A stretch of DNA of 64,000 nt, taken from NCBI RefSeq assembly GCF_001194135.2, contig NC_068981.1, positions 31,084,990 to 31,148,989 of the forward strand. Reading direction: 5' to 3'. Of the stretch, positions 12,906 to 25,213 are shown one piece after another. A program made the position numbers and the translations under genes. The DNA comes from Octopus bimaculoides (lineage: Eukaryota). Every line of letters begins with the position of its first letter. Position 1 is the first letter of the stretch. The notes beneath the pieces were generated by a model. The model worked only from the letters and a program-made list of their open reading frames with translations. It ran no database searches and was not told the DNA's origin.

Positions 12906-12966
<61 letters not shown>

Positions 12967-13349
12967 CTTCGCAGTATATTTTTGCATCTACATGATTTTG
13001 TACTTTTACGAGACTACTAAAACATTAGTCGTTTTCTATTCCATAACGTTAGTAGGTACATCGAAATATATTCTAAAAGATATTTATATACTTTCAGCAT
13101 TAATCACTCCCACAGAAAGAGCATATATTATGCATAACGACATTTGAGTATGTATGCCACTTAAGGGGAAAATTCTCTAAAATATATAGGTTGGAATCGT
13201 ACTTCATTTCAATTATAACAACCTACCTAATTCGTAACGCATCGTTGTCTAAACACACATTTGGAACTGAAACATGGCAAGCAGCATTTCCATTACTGAT
13301 AAGTATACACCGGCTGTACAACCCTTTTAAAGTCATATTGAGACTCAGG

Positions 13350-13560
13350 CAGAAAGAGCATTAAACAATACATCACAAATCTTTACATTTTGAAGAACAT
13401 TTACTATCATCGATACGCGCTTCTGCAGAGTTTCCATTTGCCATACTCCATCCACAAGATATTGATCAAACTAGGGTACAAACTATTACATTTGCTCAAA
13501 ATGCCATCTGTGAGATCGTATGAGGGACCTTATGGCAACACCATTTGTGATACTAATATA
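13350..13560 (+). mobile_element. Possible highly decayed CR1/L2 ORF2 C-terminal fragment
   Basis: Frameshifted pieces PQDIDQTRVQ and KMPSVRSYEG resemble the PYxxxDIxxLExVQRRATK..IP..Y.ERL region; weak match. Confidence 0.3.
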
Positions 13561-13911
13561 GAAATTTAGATAATCGAATAACATCTTTAACAATATGTTT
13601 AGGAGCTCCATACAAGCTTACATTTATTTTTATCAGAAACGTCCGAATGTGTGTTGTACGATACAAGAAAGGTGATTTATTTTCGAACGTAACATTGCCA
13701 TTAGACCAGCAATATTAACGGGGTAAATCACCCTTACAAAGCGGAAAAAGTTATCAATAAACAACCATGACAGTCGAACCAAGACACCGGCTGAGTGATT
13801 TACCATTAAGCTAAACTGCCCGCTAACAACTCATTCACCAATTTTAGACGCTAAATAACTTATTGACCAACCACGTGTGTATACATATATGTAAACAAAT
13901 TTACATTTATT

Positions 13912-14084
13912 TATGTTTCAGTTATTAGATTGCAGTCATGCTGGGGCACCGCCTTGATGAATCTTGGTCGAAGGAAGCGACCTTAGAATTTTTTGCAGCC
14001 TGGTATTTATTCTAACAGTCTTTAACTGAATCACTAAGTTATAGGGACGCAAGCACATGGGTTGGAAAGCGGTATGGTGTACTA

Positions 14085-14115
<31 letters not shown>

Positions 14116-14284
14116 TAAGACAGGAATCTTTCAGTCTCTCTGTGATAAATCCACTAGATCTTTGATCGGTCAGGTGAGAGGTTATAGTAAAAGATACTTG
14201 CTCCAGGTGCCATGTAGTGGTAGTGAACTCGGGGGTGTATGACTGAGAAACTAACTTCGTACCGCACAGCCATGATTGCACCTA
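13912..14284 (-). mobile_element. Diverged family C SINE
   Basis: Colinear but more diverged copy with an internal (CA)n of about 13 units. Confidence 0.8.
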
Positions 14285-14290
14285 TATATA

Positions 14291-14430
14291 CAGGGGTTGG
14301 ACAGACAAACTTATTTTTATATGGGTTATGACCGCCTTTGGCAGTAATTACAGCTTCAATTCTACGGGATATGGACTCTTACAAAGTTTGAATTGTATCC
14401 AAAGGAATTTTTGTCCATTCTTCAGCTATA
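14291..14430 (-). mobile_element. Tc1 transposon right-end fragment (transposase C-terminus plus partial TIR)
   Basis: Minus translation EEWTKIPLDTIQTL*ESISRRIEAVITAKGGHNPY is the typical Tc1 C-terminus; terminal TA|CAGGGGTTGGACA. Confidence 0.85.
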
Positions 14431-14544
14431 TATATTGATGTTGAAGTGACTCGCTTGTAAAATGATTGACAAGAATTGTCATAAATGCGTTTTTATTGCA
14501 ATATCATATGCATAGACAAATTGTTAACAATATGTTGTACATTC

Positions 14545-14685
14545 AAGGCGGTGAGCTGGCAGAAACGTTAGCACGCCGGGCGAAATGTTTGGCGGTATTT
14601 CGTCTGTCTTTACGTTCTGAGTTTAAATTCCGCAGAGCCCGACTTTGCCTTTTATACTTTCGGGGTCGATAAATTAAGTGCCAGG
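14545..14685 (+). mobile_element. tRNA-derived SINE, family A
   Basis: Head aaggcggtgagctggcagaaacgttagc, B-box-like gagtttaaattcc, central gcctttt..tttcggggtcgataaattaag; multi-copy in this window. Confidence 0.85.
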
Positions 14686-14829
14686 ATACATGGGATAAAT
14701 TTTGAATATTTCTTCTGACTCCTTTTTTTAAGGAACAACTTGATGTATTGATGAACAATCAACAGTACAGGAGAGTATAACGTTTAAAGTTGTATTTAAG
14801 CAAAAGTTATCTGATACGGGGGACTGGAA

Positions 14830-15620
14830 GACATTTGAATATTCGAAGAGGATTTACGTGTATCATGATGATTCACGCCGGATATCGAAATGCCGCCATC
14901 ATGACTGCTGTTCAATGATCTATGAATACTGCAAAGTTTGTTAGATGTGACACAGAGAACTGCAATGAAGACTGTGAAGCCCTGGACAACGGGAACGTAC
15001 ACATCATGCGTTCTGACTGTGTCCCCATGCCGAGTAGCATCTAACAATTTCAGGACAGGTGCATTTAACATACGATCAAGAGATTTCAATCTTTAACGAG
15101 AGAAATGAACGTTGGAGTCATCATCAAATAGCTGCCTCTGAATGAGTACCTTCGCTAACGCTCGCACAAGAGGTGCAAGTGACAAATTCTGACAGAGAAA
15201 GTCAAGGAGAACCAGACAGCTATGCAAAGCTGTTGGAGACTGAGGACAATGCCTGGCTGGAAAGGTTTCCTGCATGAAAGCCATATGTGTGGCAACAAGA
15301 TTTTGCTTCTTGCCATAACTCCGGAACGGGAAATAATCATCGGAAAATGTCTACTACTTCACAAGCCCCAATTTCTAGCCTCCTAATATCTACGATTTTA
15401 ATCGCATGGATTACCATGTGTGTGGCGTGGTTGAGATAGACATCAATTGCTCTATCTACATCAAGGCTAAGTAGGCGGCCAAGGTCAAGCAGACATTCGA
15501 AGATCTTCACATGGACACAGTGAAAAACGCATGCGCCAAGATTCGTAGATGTTTTGGGGACGTGGTGACATCTGAGGACGGTTACTTTGGGTAAATTGTT
15601 ATACATACCCCAGTCAAATT
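14830..15620 (+). mobile_element. maT/DD37D (Tc1/mariner superfamily) transposase pseudogene, internally deleted
   Basis: Pieces HKRCK*QILTEKVKENQT, YAKLLETEDNAWLER, PYVWQQDFASCH, SENVYYFTSPNF*PPN..NRMDYHVCGVVEIDIN. The second and third catalytic D codons are 110 nt apart, i.e. DD37D spacing (114 nt) minus a 4-nt frameshifting deletion. Confidence 0.85.
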
Positions 15621-16201
15621 TAGTTGATATTGTTTGAATATTTTAGAACAAACTTTATTTTTGGATGAGATATAATGTGTCAAATTTAACCTGAACACCG
15701 TCTTTTGCATTTGTATTCTGCTTCTTTATAATTCTCTAATATTTTATACGCATTTTAAATTAACGCTTTCAATAGGTAAAGAATATGAGAGAGAGAAGAG
15801 TAATACATAATTATTGCTATGAAACAACAAATCCTATACAAATAAAGTTTCTATACTACTTTGTCTTTTGACCGTAATATTCAATCTGTCACAGTGACAC
15901 TCGAAGTGATGGGTTTGACCAGCTGCTTAGGGGAGTTTTGCCCTACGGAAAAGAAGCACCGATGAGGGGAGGTACGAATTCATTATTTACAATCTGAACG
16001 TTGAGTCGAAGATTTGATAGAGTCTCATGAATATTGACGAATGTGTTTTTGACTAAATATTACTCTGTGGACGTATAATTTATTATTTAATTTATTGAAA
16101 AGGAACAAATGACTTTATACTATTTTATACAAAATTCCTATTTCGTTGTGCATTTTTCAACTTTTTTAAAACGTAATTTCAAATACCAGCATACATACAT
16201 G

Positions 16202-16239
<38 letters not shown>

Positions 16240-16789
16240 CACACACACACGCACACATGCACACACACGCATTTACATGTGTGTAAGAGTATGTGTAAGA
16301 GTAAGCATATATATGTATTTGTGTGTGTATGCTTGTATATACGTATGTAAGTGTGTTTGTTTGTGTGTGTGTACACATACATATGAAAAGATAGTTGATA
16401 GAATAGAGTAATATTACCATGAGGAGTGAAGTATCTGACGTTTTGGACAGCTTCTTGTCTGTTGATGTAGATTCTCTAAACTGCCTTTGTCGGTCACTTT
16501 AAATGAACATATCTTTTCATTTGCGAAGTTTCTCAAAGATGTCGGTTTCCAATGGAGAAGGTTTAATGTTTGTTGTTTGCTCAAACTAAAAACGGCAATA
16601 TTATAACCGCATTTATTAAAAAAATTAAACAACAGAATAACGTATGTCCATGATGGGTGTTCAATACAAGTTGCACTTCAAGTTTGGGAAATCGTTCTCT
16701 ATTGGGGTTTCATAACTTCTGTTATTGAAACCCTAAAATTGAATCAGATGGAGGAAATATTCAGTAACAGGAATTACGCCGAGTTCCCT

Positions 16790-16950
16790 CAACCTATCTT
16801 GGAGGGAAAAAAATTTAGGCCACTAATAAGAAGAGCATGTTCAGCGTTCCATAAAGGTAGATTTCTTGAGATGTTGGACACATTCTTGTGTAGCTTAGTA
16901 GAAAAAGTAGTCTGATGGTAGATGTGTTTAAGACATTTGACATATGCCCA
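16790..16950 (+). mobile_element. Decayed non-LTR RT fragment
   Basis: KFRPLI, AFHKGRF and LMVDVFKTFD occur in the order of the YRPIS / GFRKGRS / LDxxKAFD motifs. Confidence 0.4.
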
Positions 16951-16954
16951 GATC

Positions 16955-17010
16955 AATAGTTCCCAAACTTTTTCGAGCTACCGCTCCTTTGGCACTCAGG
17001 CCTCAATTCT
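16955..17010 (+). mobile_element. Possible hAT (Charlie-like) terminal fragment
   Basis: caatagttcccaaactttttcgagctaccgc resembles CAGTGGTTCCCAAACTTTT termini; no convincing opposite end found. Confidence 0.3.
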
Positions 17011-17320
17011 AGTGCACTCTGCACTCACCACCACAAACGTAGAACACTTTCTGGAGCAACTTCAAACAGCAGTAATTCACAAATAAAATTTAACCTAATT
17101 GTCCCATTATCAATTTTTTTTTACGTCTATCGCCCCTTTTTGGCCACCTCGTTATCACACCCCTTTTCTGTAACACCGTTCACTTTGGGGGGGGGGCACC
17201 GTGCAGGGTTTATTATGAAATTTGCTATTTCCGTGTTGAACATCACAAAGGTTATGCACCATATATTTCTCAATTGATACATGATAGCATGACATACGCA
17301 TATAGTTAGATAGATAGATG

Positions 17321-17359
<39 letters not shown>

Positions 17360-17411
17360 TCACATATACATAATACATACATACATACATGCATACACTC
17401 ACTCACACACA

Positions 17412-17461
<50 letters not shown>

Positions 17462-17648
17462 TTGCAGCATATTTTATTCATTTCACTTGATTCAGTTTAA
17501 TCTATGTCCCTTTTGCATTTCTCCAGCAATTGGCTGTGTGTTATTCTTTTTATCCTAGTTTTTATCTTTCCCCACCGGCTCACTTTCTCGAAACCATCAA
17601 TAAGGTAATGCATCGATACCCGTATCCTCGTTCTCCTCCTTCTTCTGC

Positions 17649-17696
<48 letters not shown>

Positions 17697-18409
17697 CTCA
17701 CCACCACCATCTCCTTCTGCTCATCATCATTATCATCAACGTCTGCAACTACACGTATTTCCTTCGGCCGTATCTCATTCTCTCTCTCTCTCCCTCTCTC
17801 CCTCTCTCTCTCTCTCTCTCCCTCTCTCTATCTTTCTCTTTCTGTAAGCCTCAGTCTCTCATTTCGATAGCATGTTTCTCACACAAAGTTTCTCCCATTC
17901 ACTTTATTTCAGTTTTATTCATCATTTAGATTTTATTCTTCAGTTATGTTACACATATGCTTCGCATCCTCATAGCTAACCTGCTTAAGCGCACGCACAT
18001 GCACACACACACACACATACACAGACGCATACATATGTGTATTTATGTATGTCTACATAAATATATATATCTATATATACATACATACATATATATATAT
18101 AAATAAACATGCATATACACACATATATATATATATATGTATATACGTATGTATGTATGTATACACATTCATACATACACCGTTTTCATTCAGATTCTTT
18201 CCTATTTTAAACATTTTAAAACGAAACGAAAAATGTATACTTTTTTTACACTGAATTAATTTTTCCTTGTAAGTAGAAATGCACTTTCGCAGACACAGAA
18301 TAACACTTTTCTTTTTTATTCCTTACATGATTGCAAACCATTGCTTTTCCACACAGCTTCAGTTTTCTCTCTACTATTGCTTTTCACTTTCTTTTTTTGT
18401 TGCTGATCA

Positions 18410-18492
<83 letters not shown>

Positions 18493-19019
18493 ATTATTAT
18501 TATTGTTGATGTTGTTGTTATAATTTTTCCCTTTTATTTTTGTAACATTCTCTGAAGAGCGGTGTCGTTATTATTTGTCTGGGGCGACATATAGAAGATG
18601 AAGTGAAAGAAGTAAAAGGAATAGAAGAAGTAAAAGAAAAAAAGTAGAAGAAAGAAGGGGTGGGGGAATGATGAAAGATTAAACAAATGCATAGCAGCAT
18701 CAGAAGAATATACAATGATGTGCCACAAGACATGAAATGCTGAGATGAGAAAGTAATGACACAACTCTGAAAAGTAAACTTTCTTCCTGTGAGGAAAACC
18801 ACTCAAACTTTTCAACAAGATTCAAGGAAAAATTCAATGAGAAAATAAGAATAACACTACGAGTAGAATTATTGTTGTTGTTGTTTTTGTTTTTGTTGAT
18901 ATTATTAATATTGCTGTTGTTATTGATAATCATGATAATATGCATGCGAAAAATAACGGTATTAATGATGTCTGTGATGACGACGATGATGATGATGACG
19001 ATGGTGGTGATGGTGATGG

Positions 19020-19056
<37 letters not shown>

Positions 19057-19340
19057 AATGATGATGATGATGACGACGATGATGAAGATGATGATGATGA
19101 AGATGATGATGATGAAGAGCATGATGATGGTGATGATGATGATGATGATGATGAAAAATGGGTAAAAAAATACCAATAATAGAAGAACGATATTGACAAG
19201 TATGAAGATAATGATGACGACGACGACGACGACGACGATGATGACGATGACAACGATGATGATGCTGGTTGTTGACGATGATGATGAGGACGAATAAAGT
19301 TAACAATGATGATGATGAGGACAACGACGACGAAGACGAC
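18410..19340. repeat. (ATT)n and long (GAT/GAC)n microsatellite cluster
   Basis: (ATT)n at 18410-18500 and (GAT/GAC)n at 18960-19340; these explain the poly-Asp/Met/Ser/His ORFs. Confidence 0.9.
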
Positions 19341-19673
19341 GACGATTACGGAGAAGAATATCGAGAAGGATAAGAAGGAGGAGGAGGGAGAGAAGGAAGA
19401 GATTGATTTGGTAGCGAGAGGGCAAGAGAAAGAGAAAGTGAAAGAGAGTTAAATAGTGTGTCTATGCGAGTTTTTGTGTGCTTGTGTGCGATTGTGTGTG
19501 TGTGTGTGTGTGCGTGTGTGAGGGTGAGTGTGTATATGCGTGCATGTGTGCGTGCGTGCGTGTGTGTGTGTGTGTGTGTATGTGTGTGAGTGTTTGTGTG
19601 TGCCTGCGTGTGCTCGTGTCTGTGTGTGCGTGATAAATATTGTTTATAAGGAAACGATATTGGAACTTGGTTA

Positions 19674-19815
19674 TTATAGATGATGCGTATGGTGATGCTG
19701 CATTGAAATAACATTAGTGACGGCGGATGGCTGCGATGTTGCTGCCTCTGCTGCTGCTGCCTCCGCTTGTGCTGCTGTTGTGCTGCTGTTTGTGTTGGTA
19801 GTGGCGATGCTATAG
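19674..19815 (-). CDS. Candidate coding exon of an unidentified gene (Ala/Gln/His-rich)
   Basis: Strong minus-strand acceptor ttatttttctttccccacacctcacacag. Phase-2 reading gives YSIATTNTNSSTTAAQAEAAAAEAATSQPSAVTNVISMQHHHTHHL*; the phase-1 reading is also open. No homology recognised. Confidence 0.25.
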
Positions 19816-19874
19816 CTGTGTGAGGTGTGGGGAAAGAAAAATAATTGGCAGTCACTTCCCGGGGCGATATCATA

Positions 19875-19919
<45 letters not shown>

Positions 19920-20613
19920 NNNNNNNNNNNNNNNNNNNNNNNNNNNNNNNNNNNNNNNNNNNNNNNNNNNNNNNNNNNNNNNNNNNNNNNNNNNNNNNNN
20001 NNNNNNNNNNNNNNNNNNNNNNNNNNNNNNNNNNNNNNNNNNNNNNNNNNNNNNNNNNNNNNNNNNNNNNNNNNNNNNNNNNNNNNNNNNNNNNNNNNNN
20101 NNNNNNNNNNNNNNNNNNNNNNNNNNNNNNNNNNNNNNNNATATACACACATACATATATATATATCATTTTGTTGTTCTTTCTTTTTTTTTTGCAATGT
20201 CTTCCTTTTTGCATTGTAAAGTTCGTAGCCGTTGGCAATTCTGACAGATCCTATGATTTTCTGAACATATTAACAGGTGCCTGACGTTTGAAACCGTACG
20301 TGTCGCCACCTGCTATCTACTCTAAGTATGTTAATTCTATGACAACTACATTCACGAACTATGTGTTTGTATGTATGTACGCATGTACATGTGTGTACGC
20401 ATATATATGTTTATGCGTAGCAGCATGTCTACGTTCGCGCGTGTGAACGTTTGGGGAGGTATGTTTGTGTATATGCCTGTGATGATGAAAATATGTGTGT
20501 GTCTGTTTTGTTTCTTTTAGGAAACTAAATGAGTATTTCTTAAACAAACAACCAGAAAACAGCTGTTTTGTTTTTCTCCTGTTATAAATATTTTTTATTC
20601 TTCATTTGGCAAT

Positions 20614-20665
<52 letters not shown>

Positions 20666-21825
20666 GGAATTTTCTTTCTTTGTTACTTAAAAAAAACATA
20701 ACATTTTGCGCGAATATCTAAGTAACAAATAACAAACAAAAACGAAAGTAAATTTTAAAATGTTTCTCTGTTCTTCATTTCTCTTTCAATTTAAAAAATA
20801 ATAATCTTTCTTGGAGAAGCTCAATTGTAGTGGCGAATGGATATAGCATTGAAGTAAATGATTGTAGATTGCTACTGGCGGTCTTTGTTAAATCACGTAA
20901 CAAGACGTTTAACACTACATGTCCTCGGATTCCAGAGTATTCAAGATATACTTATTTCTGTTGTTCTTGTAAACTCCTGATGCAGTAGACCTTGGAAGAA
21001 AGTCATGTCAAACGTGACCGTGTTGATTGTTATTTTTTGATATACGGCATTTTGAACTATAGTAACCAATATGCATTGTTGCAGTACGGCCAAATGGTTA
21101 AAGAGATCACTTCGCAAGGTTGACATTCCGGATTCGATCACATCACGTAGTATCTTGTATGCAAGTCTCCAGTAAACCCATAACTCGGAAATGAAATTGC
21201 GCAGACAGAAGATGTATTGAGGACTGTTGGATTGATTGAAGGTTTAATTCAAAGTTACGGCTTTATTATAGTGTGTCACGTTGATACTGTCTGGGAATTA
21301 CATGTGAATCGTCATCATCAACACGATGGAAGACTAGCCAACCTAGCAACCAAATATCCACCCGGACGGACTTTCCTTTTTATCCGTTCAGGGTCGATAA
21401 AGTATGGTAGCAACCAGGTACTGAGTCGAGAGTATCCGTTAGCCTCTTCCAACGTAATTGCTTGCTTTTAGCTTATTCAGGCCTTGTGCCTATAATAGAA
21501 AGAATTATCATTGTTTGTAAGGCAGCAAGCAAGCAGAATCGATATGGTGTCTGACAAAAAGGTTTGCGGTAGTTATTCCTGTTTATTATGTTTTAACGTG
21601 AAATTCCAACGAATGACCCACATCACCTTCCTAAACGAAGAAGTAGTGGGTCATTGATGTAAGGCATGCATTGAGTAGACGTTGAGTATGAGTGACTAGA
21701 GGAGGAATGATAACGAAGTCGAGATGGCAAAATGATTAGAGCGATGAGCAAAATACATCTAAAATGCATACTATCATCTAAAGCACGCAAGACAATTCCA
21801 TTTTATACCGTAAAGACAAAGCCAC

Positions 21826-22042
21826 GAGCTGACAGAATGGTTAGCATCCCGGGCTAAACGCTTGGCAGCAACGTCTTTATGTTCTGAGTTCAAATTCCGT
21901 AGAGATCGATCGATTGTACCTTTCATCCTTTCGGGGTCGATAAAACCACTACCAGTTTAACACTGGAGTAGATGTAATCGACTTACTCACCTCTGCCCCC
22001 GTCCCGGAATTGCTGACCTTATGTCAAAATTTGAAATCAATA
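21826..22042 (+). mobile_element. Family A SINE, diverged
   Basis: gagctgacagaatggttagc..gagttcaaattcc..tttcatcctttcggggtcgataaa..gatgtaatcgactta; followed by (CA)n. Confidence 0.8.
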
Positions 22043-22059
22043 TATACCCTACACACACA

Positions 22060-22137
<78 letters not shown>

Positions 22138-22649
22138 TACGCACACACATCCACATTGATTACGCATTGGGTAAAGATCGCCAAAGAAAATATTTTGCAC
22201 TATTAGTTAAGTTCCCGTGTGTTCAGAGCTCAAAACCTCTACGGATTTTTTGTGCTACCTTTCTGGAGACAACTACACAAAAGAGAAGAATGATTTAATC
22301 GAGTGTGCACTGCGGTTTCGGTTCAACCAATTTTAGCAGTTGATGTCATATATATGTGTGTGTGTATGTTTGTGTGTGTGTGTATCGCGAGAGAGAAAGA
22401 GTTGTGATTTATTAATATCATAGCATGTACAAGACATTATCGGTAAAAATATTGGGGCGGATATTGACAAAAAAATGTTAACAATCGATAACCCAGTTAT
22501 AAGAACATAGACTTTTAATATAATATTATGCACTTTAATATATGCAAACCACTCGAAGCAAATGCATTGTGCTAAATTCCAATATATCTCATGGTATTTG
22601 TACGCATTTTGTTTTCCATGTAAGCTGCAAGTGAAATTTCAGCAGAAAT

Positions 22650-23700
22650 AACTTCCAGCTACTCTGGCTCAAAGTCATTTGGTTCATTCCATCAGCGTTT
22701 ATTTGTTTCCCAGACTACTCGTATGTCCATGTTCTGTATTTCCATAACTCTCTCTATTAAAGACATCCATTTCTCACCATCTCTCTCTGGATTCATTACT
22801 TTGGAGGATTACAATGCACAAAACCCCTTTCGATATTTGCACTCTCTCTATATCAAAATATTTCTGCTCTGAGTTGTCTGTTACACTTTGTATTTACACT
22901 GAACATCCCTGATCCCATTCTCACCTCTACAAATAGGTTCCCACAAGGCATCAATCTCCCTGCTCCGTTGCATATCTAGTAGCTATTTAATACATATCGT
23001 ATATTTTCTTACTGTATAACAGCTCCGCACGCTGATCCATCTGGCGCTCAGCTAATTTCTCGGATCTTAACCAGATCTCGGTGAATTACCATAAGCAGCA
23101 AGATTGTTTCATGTCTCAAACATACGTTCAACGTCATCCCTTCCGAGGTGTCTTTGTGGGTGGCTGAAACCAACTTTTTACGTAAGTTCCTTTGCCTTTC
23201 TCACAAAGCAAAAACCATTTTTTCACCCTACTACAGTAGCTTCCCTACAGTAATACAGCGGAACGACACTTCCTAGACAAATTTATTGACGAAGTCACGA
23301 AATACCACCTGCCAGAAGGCTTTTATAACTGCAACTCCAATATTTTCAAGACTATAATCAGAGAAGCAAATCATGCCCTTGTTTATCACAGAGTTTGGAG
23401 ATTAGTCTATTTCATAAATTGCAGAATGGACGTTTTGCCACTTTCCAAAAGGATTTCCATTAACTTAATGGAATTATTCTACTCAAACGCAACACGTCCA
23501 ATACGGTGGCTTTGCTGGCAAAACTCCTGCTCCCCTTCCCCAACTGTGCAAAACATGCACTCTACAATCCTCCAGTTGACCACTTCTTCCACAGACCTCT
23601 CAGATATCCATTCACTAACCGCGCACAAATTAAGTACAAAAGTTCTTCTGAACCAACGAAGTGCATACAAGTGATGGCTGGAACTTTTAAAAATACAAGC
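22650..23700 (+). mobile_element. Decayed non-LTR ORF2 apurinic-endonuclease/linker fragment
   Basis: GFITLEDYNAQNP matches the APE motif LLGDFNAHNP; downstream WRSANF, FKTIIREAN and VWRL resemble the ORF2 linker. Confidence 0.45.
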
Positions 23701-25100
23701 CAAATGTCATAGAGTAACATCTTTAATGAATTATATTAGATGATGTACTCATAGTTGCATAAAAAGACATACACGCACCCGCGCACACACATACACACAC
23801 TCGCTCACTACATATTTCTCAGGTATCTGCCCCCAGATTTACAATCTGGCTAGAGCGTGCCTTCTTTCTACTGTTCTATCGAACTTGAGAACATCCTTTA
23901 TTGGAGACATAACAACGTTGTTTATTTTAATGTTACCATAATTCAATCACTGCAAATATCAAAGAAACAGTTCTCCACCTAATTTTCTATTATTGCAGGA
24001 GCCAATAAGTAGTGATTGATTTATGGTATTTGTTGAAGGGAACAAAAAACAAAAGAAAAACAACAACAATGCTCCAAAAGATTCGAAATCCGCTTCAGTG
24101 TAACACAACCTGCAATAAATAGCTGCTTAGTCTCCCTCAAAACATATTCTAACACCTTCAAGATTGTAGAACACGTTGGAATAATACAATCCTGAAACTG
24201 TAAAATATGGATGACGCCTGGAATGCCTTTAATTATAAGGCTGCTTAATCAAGGCTGTTCTGGGATAAACAATAAGAGGGGGCAAAAATTCGAAAGTGAG
24301 ATCAGCGCAAGACTTTCGAGGTTTCATTTAATCTTATGATCAAATTTACATAGCAAAATTTCATATGGCAAATTTAGTTGCTGACCATCAAAAAAGCTCA
24401 AGTAAAATCTATATCGGAACACTCTTAACATCTATATGAAAAGCGTGCGGCCACAATGATAGTCAAATGAAATTAATTCGCAAAAATTTATTCCTCAACA
24501 CACAATCATGTTATTTATTTTACTCTTCAATCATTGTTACAATAGTTTCTACACCTCTGAATTAGCTATCAACATATACATATATAAAACAGTAAAAACC
24601 CCCTGGATTGTGGTCTATAGTGAACAGCGCACAAAACAGCAAGGTAATGATGTTATAAAATGTCATGTCCATGAAGCGAGAGACTCGAATAAGACTGGTT
24701 GCGTGGTAGCAGACAGCGAATGACATCACTGAGTGTCAGAAGACACACACAAGCAAAAAAACAATAACTAAAGCTTGTAAATTCAAATTAAATGATACAA
24801 CAGAAACAAAAGGGAGAAGACTCTAGAGCAAGATGTACCAAAATTATTCTGCAATAGTTGTGATCATTATTAGGCCAACATCGTTGGTCTACTGACCTAC
24901 GAAAGAGCGATGAAGCTTCTTTATATTTGAAACAAATCCTTTTCTTTCACCAAGCCATACTTGTTTACGAGTGACATAAATATGATATAAAAATACATAT
25001 TTCGTCTTATTCAATTGAATTGATATTTACCATGAAAATGTTATGATTGGTACCAATGTAAGGAATTCAGAGTTCCAAACAAGCGTGTGAGTGAGATAGA

Positions 25101-25213
<113 letters not shown>

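Noticed and set aside
15093-15606. Minus-strand ORFs that look protein-like
   Set aside because: They are the antisense of the maT transposase remnant.
20941-21225. About 95 open codons on the minus strand after an acceptor (PQYIFCLRNFISELWVYW...)
   Set aside because: No convincing donor or known domain; a frameshifted DRIRN piece suggests a decayed RTE-like LINE instead, but that too is weak.
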